64,000 nt of DNA from an uncultured Acidobacteriota bacterium (lineage in GTDB: Bacteria > Acidobacteriota > Vicinamibacteria > Fen-336): positions 1,824,001-1,888,000 of the forward strand of contig OY970399.1 of the NCBI GenBank assembly GCA_963720545.1, in the 5' to 3' direction. A program made the position numbers and the translations under genes. The first letter of the stretch is position 1. Every line of letters starts with the position of its first letter. A model generated the notes under the pieces. The model was not told where the DNA came from. It did not search any database and was given only the letters and a program-made list of their open reading frames with translations. This document shows, one piece after another, positions 38,547-48,316 of this stretch.

Positions 38547-40008
38547 CAGGCCTTGCGGTTCCAGTGCGTGAAGACCGGCAGGCCGATGGCGACGATGGCA
38601 AAGCCGGGCCAGGTGGTCGTCGGCTTGTAAATCAGCAGGACCGCGAGCAGGGTCACGGCCCCGGTGATGTAGAGCGCGGGCACCAGCGGGTAGCCGAAGG
38701 CGCGGTAGGGACGTTCGGCCTGCGGGCGCAGCCGGCGCAGCCGGAAGACGGCGGCGATCGTGAGCACGTAGAAGAACAGCTCGGCCGAGATGACGTAGTC
38801 GAGCAGGTTGCCGTAGAGGTTGCCGTAGGCGCCCGTCTCGGGGTTGACGGTGCGCGGCAGCACCAGTGCACTCGTCCATGTGCCTTGCAGCACCAGGGCG
38901 AAGCCTGGCACCCGCGCCTGGTTGAGGAACGACGCACGCTTGAAGAACAGGCCGTCGCGCGACATCGCGAACGCGGCGCGCGCGCCGGTGAGGATCAGGC
39001 CGTTGGCGCAGCCGAAGGTCGAGACCATGATCGCGACCGCCATGAGGCCGCCGCCGAGCCCCGGCCATACCGACTCGAGCGTCAGCGAGGCCACCCTGTC
39101 AGCGGGCGCCGCCTGGATCGCGGCGAGCGGCAGCGTGACGAGGTAGGCGAGGTTCGCGAGCAGGTACAAGGCGATGACGAGACCGGTGCCGACGGCGAGC
39201 GACAACGGAATGTCGCGGCGCGGGTTTTTTACCTCGCCGGCGGTGAAGGTGACGTAGTTCCATGCGTTCGCTGCGAACAGGCAGCCGATCTGCGCCAGGC
39301 ACACCGCGACGAACAGGCCGAAGGCGGTGTCGAGCGAGCCGCCGGCGGAAGCGACAGCGCCGCGCGGCGTCCACAAGTCGTTGAAGTTCGCCGCCACCGC
39401 GGCATGGTTCCAGCCGAGGAGCAGTCCGACGACGATCAGCGCCGCCAGCGCCGCGGTCTTCGCCGAGGTGAAGACGTTCTGGATCAGCCTGCCCCACGAG
39501 AGGCCGCGGGTGTTGCTCCACGTGAGCAGCGCGATTACGGCGATCGCGAGCGCCTGGGTTGTGGAGAGCGAGAGCGCATAGCCCCGCGTCAGGTGGACCG
39601 GGGCGATCAGGTACTGCGAGTCGGAGATGCGCGGGAAGAAGACGCCGGTGTAGCGCGCGAAGCCGACCGACACCGCGGCGATGCCGCCGGCCTGCATGAC
39701 GAGGAAGAACGTCCAGCCGTAGAGGAAACCCCAGAGCGGCGACCAGGCTTCGCGCAGGTACACGTACTGGCCGCCGGCCTTCGGCATCATGCCGGCGAGC
39801 TCGCCGTAAGCGAGCGACGCCGCCATCGTCAAGGCGCCGGTGATGAGCCAGGATGCCAGCAGCCAGCCGGGGCTGCCGAGGATGCGCGCGGTTTCGGCGG
39901 ACATCAGGAAGATGCCGGAGCCGATCATCGACCCGACCACCACCATCGTGGCGTCGAAGGCACCGAGCCGGCGCTTGAGTCCGCCTTCCCCGGCGCAGCC
40001 TCGCTCAA
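38546..40008 (-). CDS. APC family amino acid permease (probable 1-bp deletion in the first codons)
   Basis: GSMIGSGIF, YGELAGMMPKAGGQYVYL, GEVKNPRRDIP, RPYRAFGYP. The TTG overlapping the S9 stop comes into frame if one G is added at 39988-39991 (MSEAAPGEGGLKRRLG). Confidence 0.88.
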
Positions 40009-41991
40009 TTGCCGGCCGGCTTGTCGCCGAAGAGCTTCTCGGCGAACCAGTCGATGTTGTGCGGCATTGCCGCCGGAACGCGCGCGGCTCGCCAGTACGT
40101 GGCCAAAACCCTTGTAGAGGATGAGCCGTGTGTCGACGCCGTGATCGCGATGCGCGCGTTAGAACTCGTGCGCGTTCGGCGATCGGCACCCGTCGGTCGA
40201 GGATGCGGTGCTGGATCAGCGTCGGGGTGCTGCGCCTTCTAGACGTAGGTGATCGGCGAGGCCTTGCGGAGATCTAGGTTCGTCCACGGCGTCGCCTTCA
40301 GGTAGCGGCGCGTGAACAGCTCGATGTCCGTGTTCGAGTAGTAGGTCGTCCAGTCGGTGACGCCGGCGCCAACCGACACCGCCTTGAGGCGGTCGCGTAA
40401 GCGGTGGCGAGGAACGCGGAGATGTAGCCGCCATGGCTCCAAGCCCATCGCGGCCGACCCGATCGCGCATCCGCCATGCCCTGCTGCCACCAGCGAATCG
40501 ACGCCCGACATCACATCCCACGCGTCGCCGATGCCGAGGTTGCGGATGTTGAGCTTGCGGAACTTCTCGCCGTAGCCGCTGCCGCCGCGGTAGTTCGGCT
40601 CCAGCACCAGCGCGCCGCGGTTCACGAACACGTCGATCGGATAGGGGTCGGTCGTCTGGCTGTAGGGGACGGGCCGCGGACGCCGGTCGGGCCGCCGTGG
40701 AACACCAGCAGCAGCGGATAGTGTTGCCGCCGGCGGAAGTCGGCCGGCTTGTGCAGCACGCCCTCGATGGGCGTGCCGTCCTTGCTCTTCCACGAGACGA
40801 TCTCCCGTGTCGTCTTCGGCCAGGCCGCGACCTGCGTGCCGAAATCGCTGAGCTTCGGGGGCGCCTCGCTTGCGGCGCCGACGGCAGCGGCATAGACCTC
40901 CGGAAAGCTGCGTGCGTCGGCGCCTAGGTAGGCGACGCCGCATCTGGCAATTGCTAAGGCTGTACGAGAAGCCGGGCGATCCAGCGTGCGGCAGCAGCCG
41001 TGTCGCCACGGCGGGGGCGGGATCGAGACGGTAGAGATACGCGGAGACAGTGGGCAGCGTCAGAAGTAGATGCCTTCGCGGCCCCAGCGCAGGAGGATCG
41101 GGCTCTCGTCGACCTCGTTCTTCAGTGCGGTGACGGCGCCGCCCTCCACGGACACGGTCGCGATGCGGGTGGTCGTGTAGAAGTAGGCATCCGGGTCTTC
41201 GCTGGTGGTGACGAACGCGACGCGCTTGCCGTCCGGCGAGAACACCGGCCGTTCGTCGACCCCGCGGCGCACCACCAGCGGCCGGGTCGCGCCGCCGGCC
41301 ACCGGCACCAGCGAGATGTCCGACTCGAAGTTCTGGTCGAGGCTGAGGTTCTTGCGGTGGTCGAATGCGATGAGCGTGCCATCCGGCGAAAAGGCGAAGC
41401 GCACGACGGAGAAGGCGCCTTCGGTCAGGCGCCGCGACGCGAGCGTCGCGACCTCCACGAGGTGCAGGTGCGTCTTGCGCAGGTCCTCACCGACCACCTC
41501 GAATTCGCCCGCGCGCTCGAGCCGCGCCTCGAGCGCCTGGTCCTTCGCGTCGAGCGCCGTGTACGCGATGCTGCGGCCGTCCGGCGACCATTGGTAGTCG
41601 ACGATGCCGTCGGCGGCGGTCGTCAGCACGCGCGCCTCGCCCCCGCGCAGGTCCACAACGTAAACCTGGCGCTTGCCGGTTCGGTCGGAGACGAAGGCGA
41701 CCTGCTGCGAGTCGGGCGAGAACGCCGGCTGTTCGCTCGATTTCTCGCCGCGCGTCAGCTGCCGGGCTGCCCCGCCGGCGGCGGGTGCGAGCCACACCTG
41801 GCTGCGGTACTCGTCGGCCTGGAAATCGGGCTCGCGCGCCACCCAGGCGACGAGCCGGCCGTCAGGCGACATCGCGACCCCCGCCGGACGGCGCAGTGCG
41901 GCCAGGTCGTCGACGGTGGGCGCCGCTGCGGCGGCCGCGGGCGATGCTGGCGCCAGGGCCAGCGCAGCCGCGAGCAGGACGTGCCGCTCAT
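40005..41991 (-). pseudogene. S9 family prolyl oligopeptidase/dipeptidyl aminopeptidase, broken by many indels (pseudogene or sequence error)
   Basis: Fragments in shifting frames: signal peptide, five SPDG/SPDS propeller repeats, WKSKDGTPIEGVL, HGGPT, PNYRGGSGYG, G-WSHGGY, TPTLIQH, YKGFGH, NIDWF. Confidence 0.8.
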
Positions 41992-42036
41992 GGGAACCTC
42001 GAGTTTAGGCGGGCACCTGCGCCGCGGCCGCGCCTT

Positions 42037-42062
42037 GTCTCATAGTGTGAGACGAGGTCTTG
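42037..42062 (-). promoter_or_regulatory. operator-like element copy 3 (CAAGAC-ctc-GTCTCA-cacta-TGAGAC)
   Basis: GTCTCA-N5-TGAGAC palindrome plus half-site upstream of the S9 gene; preceded on the minus strand by TCGACA-N17-CAATCT. Confidence 0.8.
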
Positions 42063-42110
42063 GAGATTGCCATGGGCGGCCGCCACTGTCGACGCCAGGC
42101 AAGATGGTCC

Positions 42111-42138
42111 TTGACATCAAGGCAAACCGGGTAATACT
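42111..42138 (+). promoter_or_regulatory. putative sigma70 promoter of the aminotransferase/beta-oxidation operon
   Basis: TTGACA-N16-AATACT, 7 nt upstream of operator copy 4. Confidence 0.65.
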
Positions 42139-42145
42139 CCTGTTT

Positions 42146-42171
42146 CGAGACGCCGTCTCATATGGCGAGAT
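42146..42171 (+). promoter_or_regulatory. operator-like element copy 4 (CGAGAC-gcc-GTCTCA-tatgg-CGAGAT)
   Basis: Matches the other three copies in sequence and spacing and overlaps the expected transcription start. Confidence 0.75.
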
Positions 42172-42210
42172 TTGGCCCCCCTTCGAGCAAAGGACCACAG
42201 GGGTAAGAGC

Positions 42211-43593
42211 ATGGCAACCAGGACCAGGCTGGGAGCGGATGGCGGTGCCGAGCAGCCGCAGGGAGAGAGCTGCGTCGAGTACCGCGGCGCCGGCGCGCGC
42301 TCGCGCGCCCTCTACGAACGGGCGCTGCGGGTGATGCCGGGCGGCAACACCCGCCATTCCGTGGTGATGGCCCCCTACCCGGTTTACATCGCCAGCGGCC
42401 GCGGCTGCCGCGTGCTGGACGTGGAAGGCCAGGAGCGCATCGACTTCCTCAACAACTACACCTCGCTGATCCACGGCCACGCCGACCCGGAAACGACGCG
42501 CGCCGCGCAGGAGCGCATGGCCCTCGGCACGGCGTTCGCCGGCCCCACGGCGCTCGACGTGGAACTGGCCGAACTGCTGGCCGAGCGGCTGCCAAGCGTG
42601 GAACTGCTGCGTTTCTGCAACTCCGGCAGCGAGGCGATCCAGCTGGCGCTCAAGGCGGCGCGCGCCTTCACCGGCCGCTCGCGGTTCGCGAAGATCGAAG
42701 GCGCCTATCACGGCATGTATGACCAGGTGCAGGTGAGCGAGACGCCGCAGCCGGAGGATTGGGGGGCCGACGACCGGCCGACGAGCGTCGCCGCACCCGG
42801 CGCCGCCGCGAGCGCCGCAGCCGAGGTGCTGGTGCTGCCGTGGAACGACCTCGCCGCGTGCACCCGGCTCATCGAGGAGAACGCCGCTTCACTCGCGGCG
42901 CTGCTGGTGGACGCGCTGCCGCTCGGCATCGGCCTGGTGGCACCGGTGCCCGGCTTCCTCGAGGGCCTGCGCGCATTGAGCCGGCGCCACGGCATCCTGT
43001 TCATCGCCGACGAGGTGATGGGCTTCCGCCTCGGCTATCACGGCAGCTTCGACAGCGCCGGGATCCGCGCCGACCTCACCTGCCTCGGCAAGATCATCGG
43101 CGGCGGCTTTCCGGTGGGCGCCGTCGGCGGGCGCGCCGACGTGATGAGCGTCTTCGACCATCGCCAGCCGGGAGGCGTGGGCCATGGCGGCACCTTCAAC
43201 GGCAACCCGGTGACGATGGCGGCGGGCCTCGCGACGATGCACAAGATGACGCCCGACGCGTTCATGCGCCTGAACGGCATGGGCGACCTGCTGCGCGAGA
43301 AGACGCGTGCCCGCCTCGGCGCGCGCGGCATCGCCAACCAGGTGCTCGGCCGCGGCTCGCTGTTCTGCGTGCGGCTCGCCAGCGAAGAGCTGCGCGACTG
43401 GCGCAGCGTCAGCAATCACGTGCGCGCCGAACCGCTCTACCGCGAGGTGTGCCACGGCATGCTCGGCCGCGGCATCCTGATGTCGCAGCGCGGCATCGTC
43501 GGCTGCCTGTCGACGCCGATGGGCGAAGCCGAGCTCGACGCCTTCGTCGACGCGCTCGACGCAACCCTGCAGGCCGCGGGGCGCGGCGCGTGA
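42211..43593 (+). CDS. class III aminotransferase (GSA-aminomutase-like; possible beta-amino acid transaminase)
   Basis: MPGGNTR, NSGSEA, EGAYHG, FIADEVM, LGKIIGGGFPVG, HGGTFNGNP. Confidence 0.9.
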   Translation: MATRTRLGADGGAEQPQGESCVEYRGAGARSRALYERALRVMPGGNTRHSVVMAPYPVYIASGRGCRVLDVEGQERIDFLNNYTSLIHGHADPETTRAAQERMALGTAFAGPTALDVELAELLAERLPSVELLRFCNSGSEAIQLALKAARAFTGRSRFAKIEGAYHGMYDQVQVSETPQPEDWGADDRPTSVAAPGAAASAAAEVLVLPWNDLAACTRLIEENAASLAALLVDALPLGIGLVAPVPGFLEGLRALSRRHGILFIADEVMGFRLGYHGSFDSAGIRADLTCLGKIIGGGFPVGAVGGRADVMSVFDHRQPGGVGHGGTFNGNPVTMAAGLATMHKMTPDAFMRLNGMGDLLREKTRARLGARGIANQVLGRGSLFCVRLASEELRDWRSVSNHVRAEPLYREVCHGMLGRGILMSQRGIVGCLSTPMGEAELDAFVDALDATLQAAGRGA

Positions 43594-44996
43594 GCGGCGC
43601 GGCCGCAGCGGCCGGTCCCAGGGAGCTGCGCGGCCGCATCGGACTCGCGAGCGCGGTGTTTGCGCTCGTCGGCTACATCATCGGCGGCTCGATCTTCATC
43701 ATGCCGGGGGCGCTCTCGGCCGAGATCGGGCCGGCGCTGTTCGTCTCCTACCTGCTGGCGGCGGGCCTGACGCTCTTCATCTGCTTCGCCTCTGCGGCCA
43801 TCGGCAGCGCCTTCCCGATGAGCGGCGGCACCTACGTCGCCGTCAGCACCACGGTCTCGCCCTTCTGGGGCGCCATGGTCGTGTGGATGGGCGTGCTGAT
43901 CATCTTCACCAGCCCGCCGGCGCTCGCCTACGGCCTCGTCGACTACCTGAGCGCCTACATCCCGGTGCTCGGCGAGCACCGCTTCCTGGGCGCCATCTCT
44001 TCGGTGGTGCTGTTCACCATCGTCAACCTGTGCGGCATCCGCACCGCGGTGTGGGCGCAAGTGGTGATGGTGGTCGTCTTCATGGTGGTGCTGCTCGGCG
44101 TCGGCATCGGCGGACTCGCGCACAGCAGCGTTGCCAACTTCACGCCGCTGTTCCCGCTCGGCGCGTGGCTGGTGGTGAAGACCGCCATCCCCGCCTTCTA
44201 TTCGTTCAGTGGCTTCAGCGCCATCGTCACCTTCGGCGGCGAGATCGAGAATCCGCGGCGCAACATCCCGCGGGTGCTGCTCATCAGCTTCCCCATCATC
44301 GTCGTCACTTACCTGCTGGTGGCGCTGGCGGTGCCCGGCGTCGTGCCGTGGCGCGAGCTCAGCCACGGCAACTCCACCCTGAGCGCGGTGGCGAGCCGCT
44401 TCCTGCCGCCGTGGATCAGCACCGTGGTGGCCGCCGCCGCGGTCTGCGCCATCGCCACCACCATCAACGGCATGCTGCTTTCGAAGAGCCGCGACTTGTT
44501 CTCGCTCTCGATCGACCGGGTGCTGCCGAAGGCGTTCTCGTCGATCGGGCCGTTCGGCGAGCCGCGGGTGGCGCTGATCTTCATGTGCGCCGTCGCCATC
44601 AGCGGCATTGCGCTGCGCCGCTCATTCACCGAGTACGCGAGCATGGCGGTGCTGTGCGTGATGGTGGTGCACGTGCTGCAGGGCATCGTCATCCTGGTGC
44701 TGCCGCGGCGGTTGCCCCGCCACCATGCCGCGGCCGGCTACAAGCTGAACGAGGGCGGGCGCCTCTTCTGGGGCATCGGGCTCGTGGTGCTCGCCACCGT
44801 CTTCATCGCCGCCGGCCTGTTGGGTGACTACTACGGCGGCGTCATCTATCTCGCCGCCTGCGCGCTGGGCGCCGCCGGCTACTTCGTGCGCCGCGCCGCA
44901 CTGCGCCGGCGCGGGCTGAGCATCGAGGCCCTGCTTCTCGAACACGCGTCGAGCGTGGTGCCGCAGCCGGCCGCCGGCGCCAGCGCGAGCCGCTGA
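43590..44996 (+). CDS. APC family amino acid permease
   Basis: GYIIGGSIF, FPMSGGTY, GGEIENPRRNIP; about 12 TM segments; GTGA overlap. Confidence 0.9.
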   Translation: MSGAAAAAGPRELRGRIGLASAVFALVGYIIGGSIFIMPGALSAEIGPALFVSYLLAAGLTLFICFASAAIGSAFPMSGGTYVAVSTTVSPFWGAMVVWMGVLIIFTSPPALAYGLVDYLSAYIPVLGEHRFLGAISSVVLFTIVNLCGIRTAVWAQVVMVVVFMVVLLGVGIGGLAHSSVANFTPLFPLGAWLVVKTAIPAFYSFSGFSAIVTFGGEIENPRRNIPRVLLISFPIIVVTYLLVALAVPGVVPWRELSHGNSTLSAVASRFLPPWISTVVAAAAVCAIATTINGMLLSKSRDLFSLSIDRVLPKAFSSIGPFGEPRVALIFMCAVAISGIALRRSFTEYASMAVLCVMVVHVLQGIVILVLPRRLPRHHAAAGYKLNEGGRLFWGIGLVVLATVFIAAGLLGDYYGGVIYLAACALGAAGYFVRRAALRRRGLSIEALLLEHASSVVPQPAAGASASR

Positions 44997-45001
44997 CGCC
45001 C

Positions 45002-46204
45002 ATGCAGCACGACACCCCGGCCGTGCTCGACGGCGTGCGCGTCCTCGATGTCGGCCGCTATCTGGCCGGGCCCTACTGCGCGAGCCTGCTCGCCAAGTTC
45101 GGCGCCGAGGTGGTGCGCGTCGAGCCGGTTGCGGGCGGCGACGACCGCCAGCTGGTGCCGCTTGGCCACGGCCTTGCCGGCGCTCTCTTCCTGCAGGCGA
45201 ACCAGGGCAAGCGCGGCATGACGCTCGAACTCGGCACCGAAGCAGGCCGTGCGATCCTGCGGCGCCTGGTCGAGCGCAGCGACGTGGTGGTCGCGAACTT
45301 GCCGCCCGCAGCACTGCGCAAGCTGGGCCTCGACTATCAGAGCCTGCGCGCGTGGCGCCAGGACATCATCCTCACACGGGTGACGGCGTACGGCGGCAGC
45401 GGCCCGCTCGCGGAGCAGGTGGGCTTCGACGGCGTGGCGCAGGCGATGTCGGGCGCGGCGCACCTCGGCGGCTTTCCCGGCGCACCGATGAAGGCGTACG
45501 TCCCGTTCGTCGACTACGGCACGGCGCTCGCCGCCGCGTGCGCCACGCTCGCCGCGCTGATGGCGCGCGCACGCACCGGCGAGGGCCAGGAAGTGGACGC
45601 GTCGCTGCTGCGCACCGCGGTGTGCTTCGCCAACGCGCCGCTCGCCGAGGAAGCGATGCTTGCCTCCGGGCGCAACGGCACCGGCAACCGCGGTCAGCTC
45701 TACGGGCCGGCCGACATCTTCGCCACGCGCGACGGCTTCGTGCTGGTGCAGGTGATCGGCGACGGCGCGTTCGCCCGCTGGGCGCGCCTCGTCGGCGAAC
45801 CGGGCCTGGCCGCCGATGCGCGCCTTGCCAACGACCAGGCGCGCGGGCAGGAGGCGGCTCTGCTCGGCGAGGTCATGGGCCGCTGGTGTGCAGCGCGCAC
45901 GAGCGCAGACGCGCTCCGCGAGCTGGCGGCGGCGCGCGTCCCCGCGGGCGAGGTGTTGTCGCCAAAGCGCTGCCTCGAGAGCGAACAGGTGGCGGCCGCC
46001 GGCGCGCTGCGCGAGGTGTCCTACCCCGGCCTGCCGCGCGTGGCGCGCATCGCCGCCTATCCTTTCGAGATGGCGCAAGGCGCGCTCGCCCAGGGCGACG
46101 AGCGGCGGCCGCCGGTCCTTGGCGAGCACACCGACGAGATCCTCGGCGAGCTCGGCTACGATCGCGCGGCGATCGGCGTGCTGCACCAGCAGGGCGTCGT
46201 CTGA
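45002..46204 (+). CDS. CoA-transferase family III (CaiB/BaiF)
   Basis: LDGVRVLD, AGPYC, GAEVVRVE, NQGKRG, conserved Asp in PFVDYG, PPVLGEHTDEIL. Confidence 0.92.
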   Translation: MQHDTPAVLDGVRVLDVGRYLAGPYCASLLAKFGAEVVRVEPVAGGDDRQLVPLGHGLAGALFLQANQGKRGMTLELGTEAGRAILRRLVERSDVVVANLPPAALRKLGLDYQSLRAWRQDIILTRVTAYGGSGPLAEQVGFDGVAQAMSGAAHLGGFPGAPMKAYVPFVDYGTALAAACATLAALMARARTGEGQEVDASLLRTAVCFANAPLAEEAMLASGRNGTGNRGQLYGPADIFATRDGFVLVQVIGDGAFARWARLVGEPGLAADARLANDQARGQEAALLGEVMGRWCAARTSADALRELAAARVPAGEVLSPKRCLESEQVAAAGALREVSYPGLPRVARIAAYPFEMAQGALAQGDERRPPVLGEHTDEILGELGYDRAAIGVLHQQGVV

Positions 46205-46225
46205 GCCCAGGAGAGAGCGAAACGG

Positions 46226-48316
46226 ATGGCGGTCGAATTCGAGCAGTCGGGCAGCGTCGCGATCTTCGTGCTCGACAATCCGCCGGTCAACGCCTTGTCG
46301 GCGGCGGTGCGCACCGAGCTGACGGCGCTCTTCGAGAGCACTCTTGCGCGCCCTGACATCAAGGCCATCGTGCTGGCCGCGAAGGGCCGCCACTTCAGCG
46401 CCGGCGCCGACCTGCGCGAATTCGGGGCGCCGCCCCGGCCCGACGCGCCGCAGCTGCCGCACCTCATCGAACGCCTCGAGCAGTCGCCGCTGCCGGTGGT
46501 CGCGGCACTCAGTGGCACGGTCGCGGGCGGTGCCACCGAACTCGCGCTCGGCTGCCACTACCGCGTCGCCGCGAACGACCTCGCCATGAGCCTGCCCGAG
46601 GTGACCCTCGGCTTCATCCCCGGCGCCGGCGGCACCCAGCGGCTGCCGCGCCTCGCCGGGCTGTCGCTGGCGCTCGACCTCATCCTCAGCGGCCGTGCCA
46701 TCGGCGCGAGCGAAGCGGCTGGCGCCGGCATCGTCGACCTGGTGGCGGGCCGCGACGAGCTGCGGGCGCGTGCCATCGCCTTTGCGCGCAACGCCGCTGC
46801 TCAGCCGACGCGGCCCACCGGCGCGCGCCCGGCGCCGGTGGCGGACGCCGCGATGCTGGCGCAGGCCGCGGAGAAACTGCGGCGCGAGGCGCGCGGCCGG
46901 CGCGCGCCGCAGGCGGCGCTCGAGTGCATCGTGGCGACGCTCGCGATGCCGTTCGCGGCCGGGCTCGCCCACGAGCGCGAGGTGTTCAAGGAGCTGCTCG
47001 GCGGGCCGGAGTCGCGGGCGCTGCGCCACGTGTTCTTCGCCGAGCGCGACGCGCCGAAGGTCGCGGGCATCGATCCGCGCGCACCGGTGCGGCCGATTCG
47101 CACCGCGGGCGTCGTCGGCTTCGGCACCATGGGCAGCGGCATCGCCATGGCTTTCGCCAACGCCGGCATCCCGGTGCGGGTGCTGGAGGCGAACGACGCG
47201 GCCCTGCAGCGCGGTCTCGCGACCGTGCGCTCGGCCTACGACGCCGCCCACGCCAAGGGCCGCATCTCCGCGGCCGAGCGCGATGCGCGGCGCGACCTGG
47301 TGAGCGGAGTCGCCGAGTATGCCGCGTTCGCCGACGCCGACCTGGTGGTGGAAGCGGTGTTCGAGGAGATGGACGTCAAGCACACGGTGTTCCGCGACCT
47401 CGATGCGGTGTGCCGCACGGACGCGATCCTCGCGACCAACACCTCGAGCCTCGACGTCAACGCGATCGCTGCCGCCACCGCCCATCCCGGCCGGGTCCTC
47501 GGCCTGCACTTTTTCAGCCCGGCGCAGGTGATGCGCCTCGTCGAAGTGGTGCGCCCCGCGGCGGTGGACATCGAGGTGCTCGCCACGGCTATGGCGCTCG
47601 TGAAGCACCTCGGCAAGCTGGGCGTCGCCGTGGGCGTGTGCGACAGCTTCGCCGCCAACCGCTCCCTCTACGCGTATCGCCGCCAGTCCGACTTCCTGGT
47701 CGAGGAGGGCGCCTCGCCGCTGCAGGTGGACAGCGCGCTGCGCGCCTTCGGCATGCCGATGGGCCCCTTCCAGACCGGCGACATGGTGGGGCTCGACGTC
47801 AGCTGGCGCATCCGCAGGCGCCAGGCCGCGACCCGCGACCCTTCGTTGCGCTACTCGCCGATCGCGGACCGGCTCTGCGAGCTCGGCCGCTTCGGGCAGA
47901 AGACGGGAGCCGGCTGGTATCGCTATGAGAAAGGCAGCCGCGAACCGCTGCCCGACCCGCAGGTGGACGCGCTCATCGCCGCGATCAGCAACGAGCTCGG
48001 CATCGCGCGCCGCGCGGTGAGCGACGCTGAGATCGTGGAGCGCTCGTTCTTCGCCCTCGTCAACGAGTGCGCGCGCATCCTCGAGGAGGGCCTGGTGGCG
48101 CGGCCGGGCGACCTCGACGTCATCTGGATCCACGGCTACGGCTTCCCGCGCCACCGCGGCGGGCCGATGCACTGGGCGGACGGCATCGGGCTCGCGCGCA
48201 TCCTGGCCGCGGTCGAGGCCATGAACCGCGAACAGGGCGACCTGGTGAAGCCGTCGGCGCTGTTGCGCGACCTGGCGCGCACCGGACGCTCCTTCGCCGA
48301 CATCGGAGGCAAGTAA
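46226..48316 (+). CDS. multifunctional enoyl-CoA hydratase / 3-hydroxyacyl-CoA dehydrogenase
   Basis: NPPVNAL, FSAGAD, GGATELAL, PEVTLGFIPGAGGTQRLPR; GFGTMGSG, EAVFE, TNTSSL, HFFSP. Confidence 0.95.
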   Translation: MAVEFEQSGSVAIFVLDNPPVNALSAAVRTELTALFESTLARPDIKAIVLAAKGRHFSAGADLREFGAPPRPDAPQLPHLIERLEQSPLPVVAALSGTVAGGATELALGCHYRVAANDLAMSLPEVTLGFIPGAGGTQRLPRLAGLSLALDLILSGRAIGASEAAGAGIVDLVAGRDELRARAIAFARNAAAQPTRPTGARPAPVADAAMLAQAAEKLRREARGRRAPQAALECIVATLAMPFAAGLAHEREVFKELLGGPESRALRHVFFAERDAPKVAGIDPRAPVRPIRTAGVVGFGTMGSGIAMAFANAGIPVRVLEANDAALQRGLATVRSAYDAAHAKGRISAAERDARRDLVSGVAEYAAFADADLVVEAVFEEMDVKHTVFRDLDAVCRTDAILATNTSSLDVNAIAAATAHPGRVLGLHFFSPAQVMRLVEVVRPAAVDIEVLATAMALVKHLGKLGVAVGVCDSFAANRSLYAYRRQSDFLVEEGASPLQVDSALRAFGMPMGPFQTGDMVGLDVSWRIRRRQAATRDPSLRYSPIADRLCELGRFGQKTGAGWYRYEKGSREPLPDPQVDALIAAISNELGIARRAVSDAEIVERSFFALVNECARILEEGLVARPGDLDVIWIHGYGFPRHRGGPMHWADGIGLARILAAVEAMNREQGDLVKPSALLRDLARTGRSFADIGGK

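Noticed and set aside
26913..42171. GTCTC/GAGAC inverted repeats as IS ends, att sites, CRISPR repeats or terminators
   Set aside because: No transposase, integrase, spacer array or U-tract; the copies lie at the 5' ends of operons next to promoter motifs.
42211..43593. hemL
   Set aside because: Lacks PGGVNSPVR, has no haem genes nearby and heads a catabolic operon.
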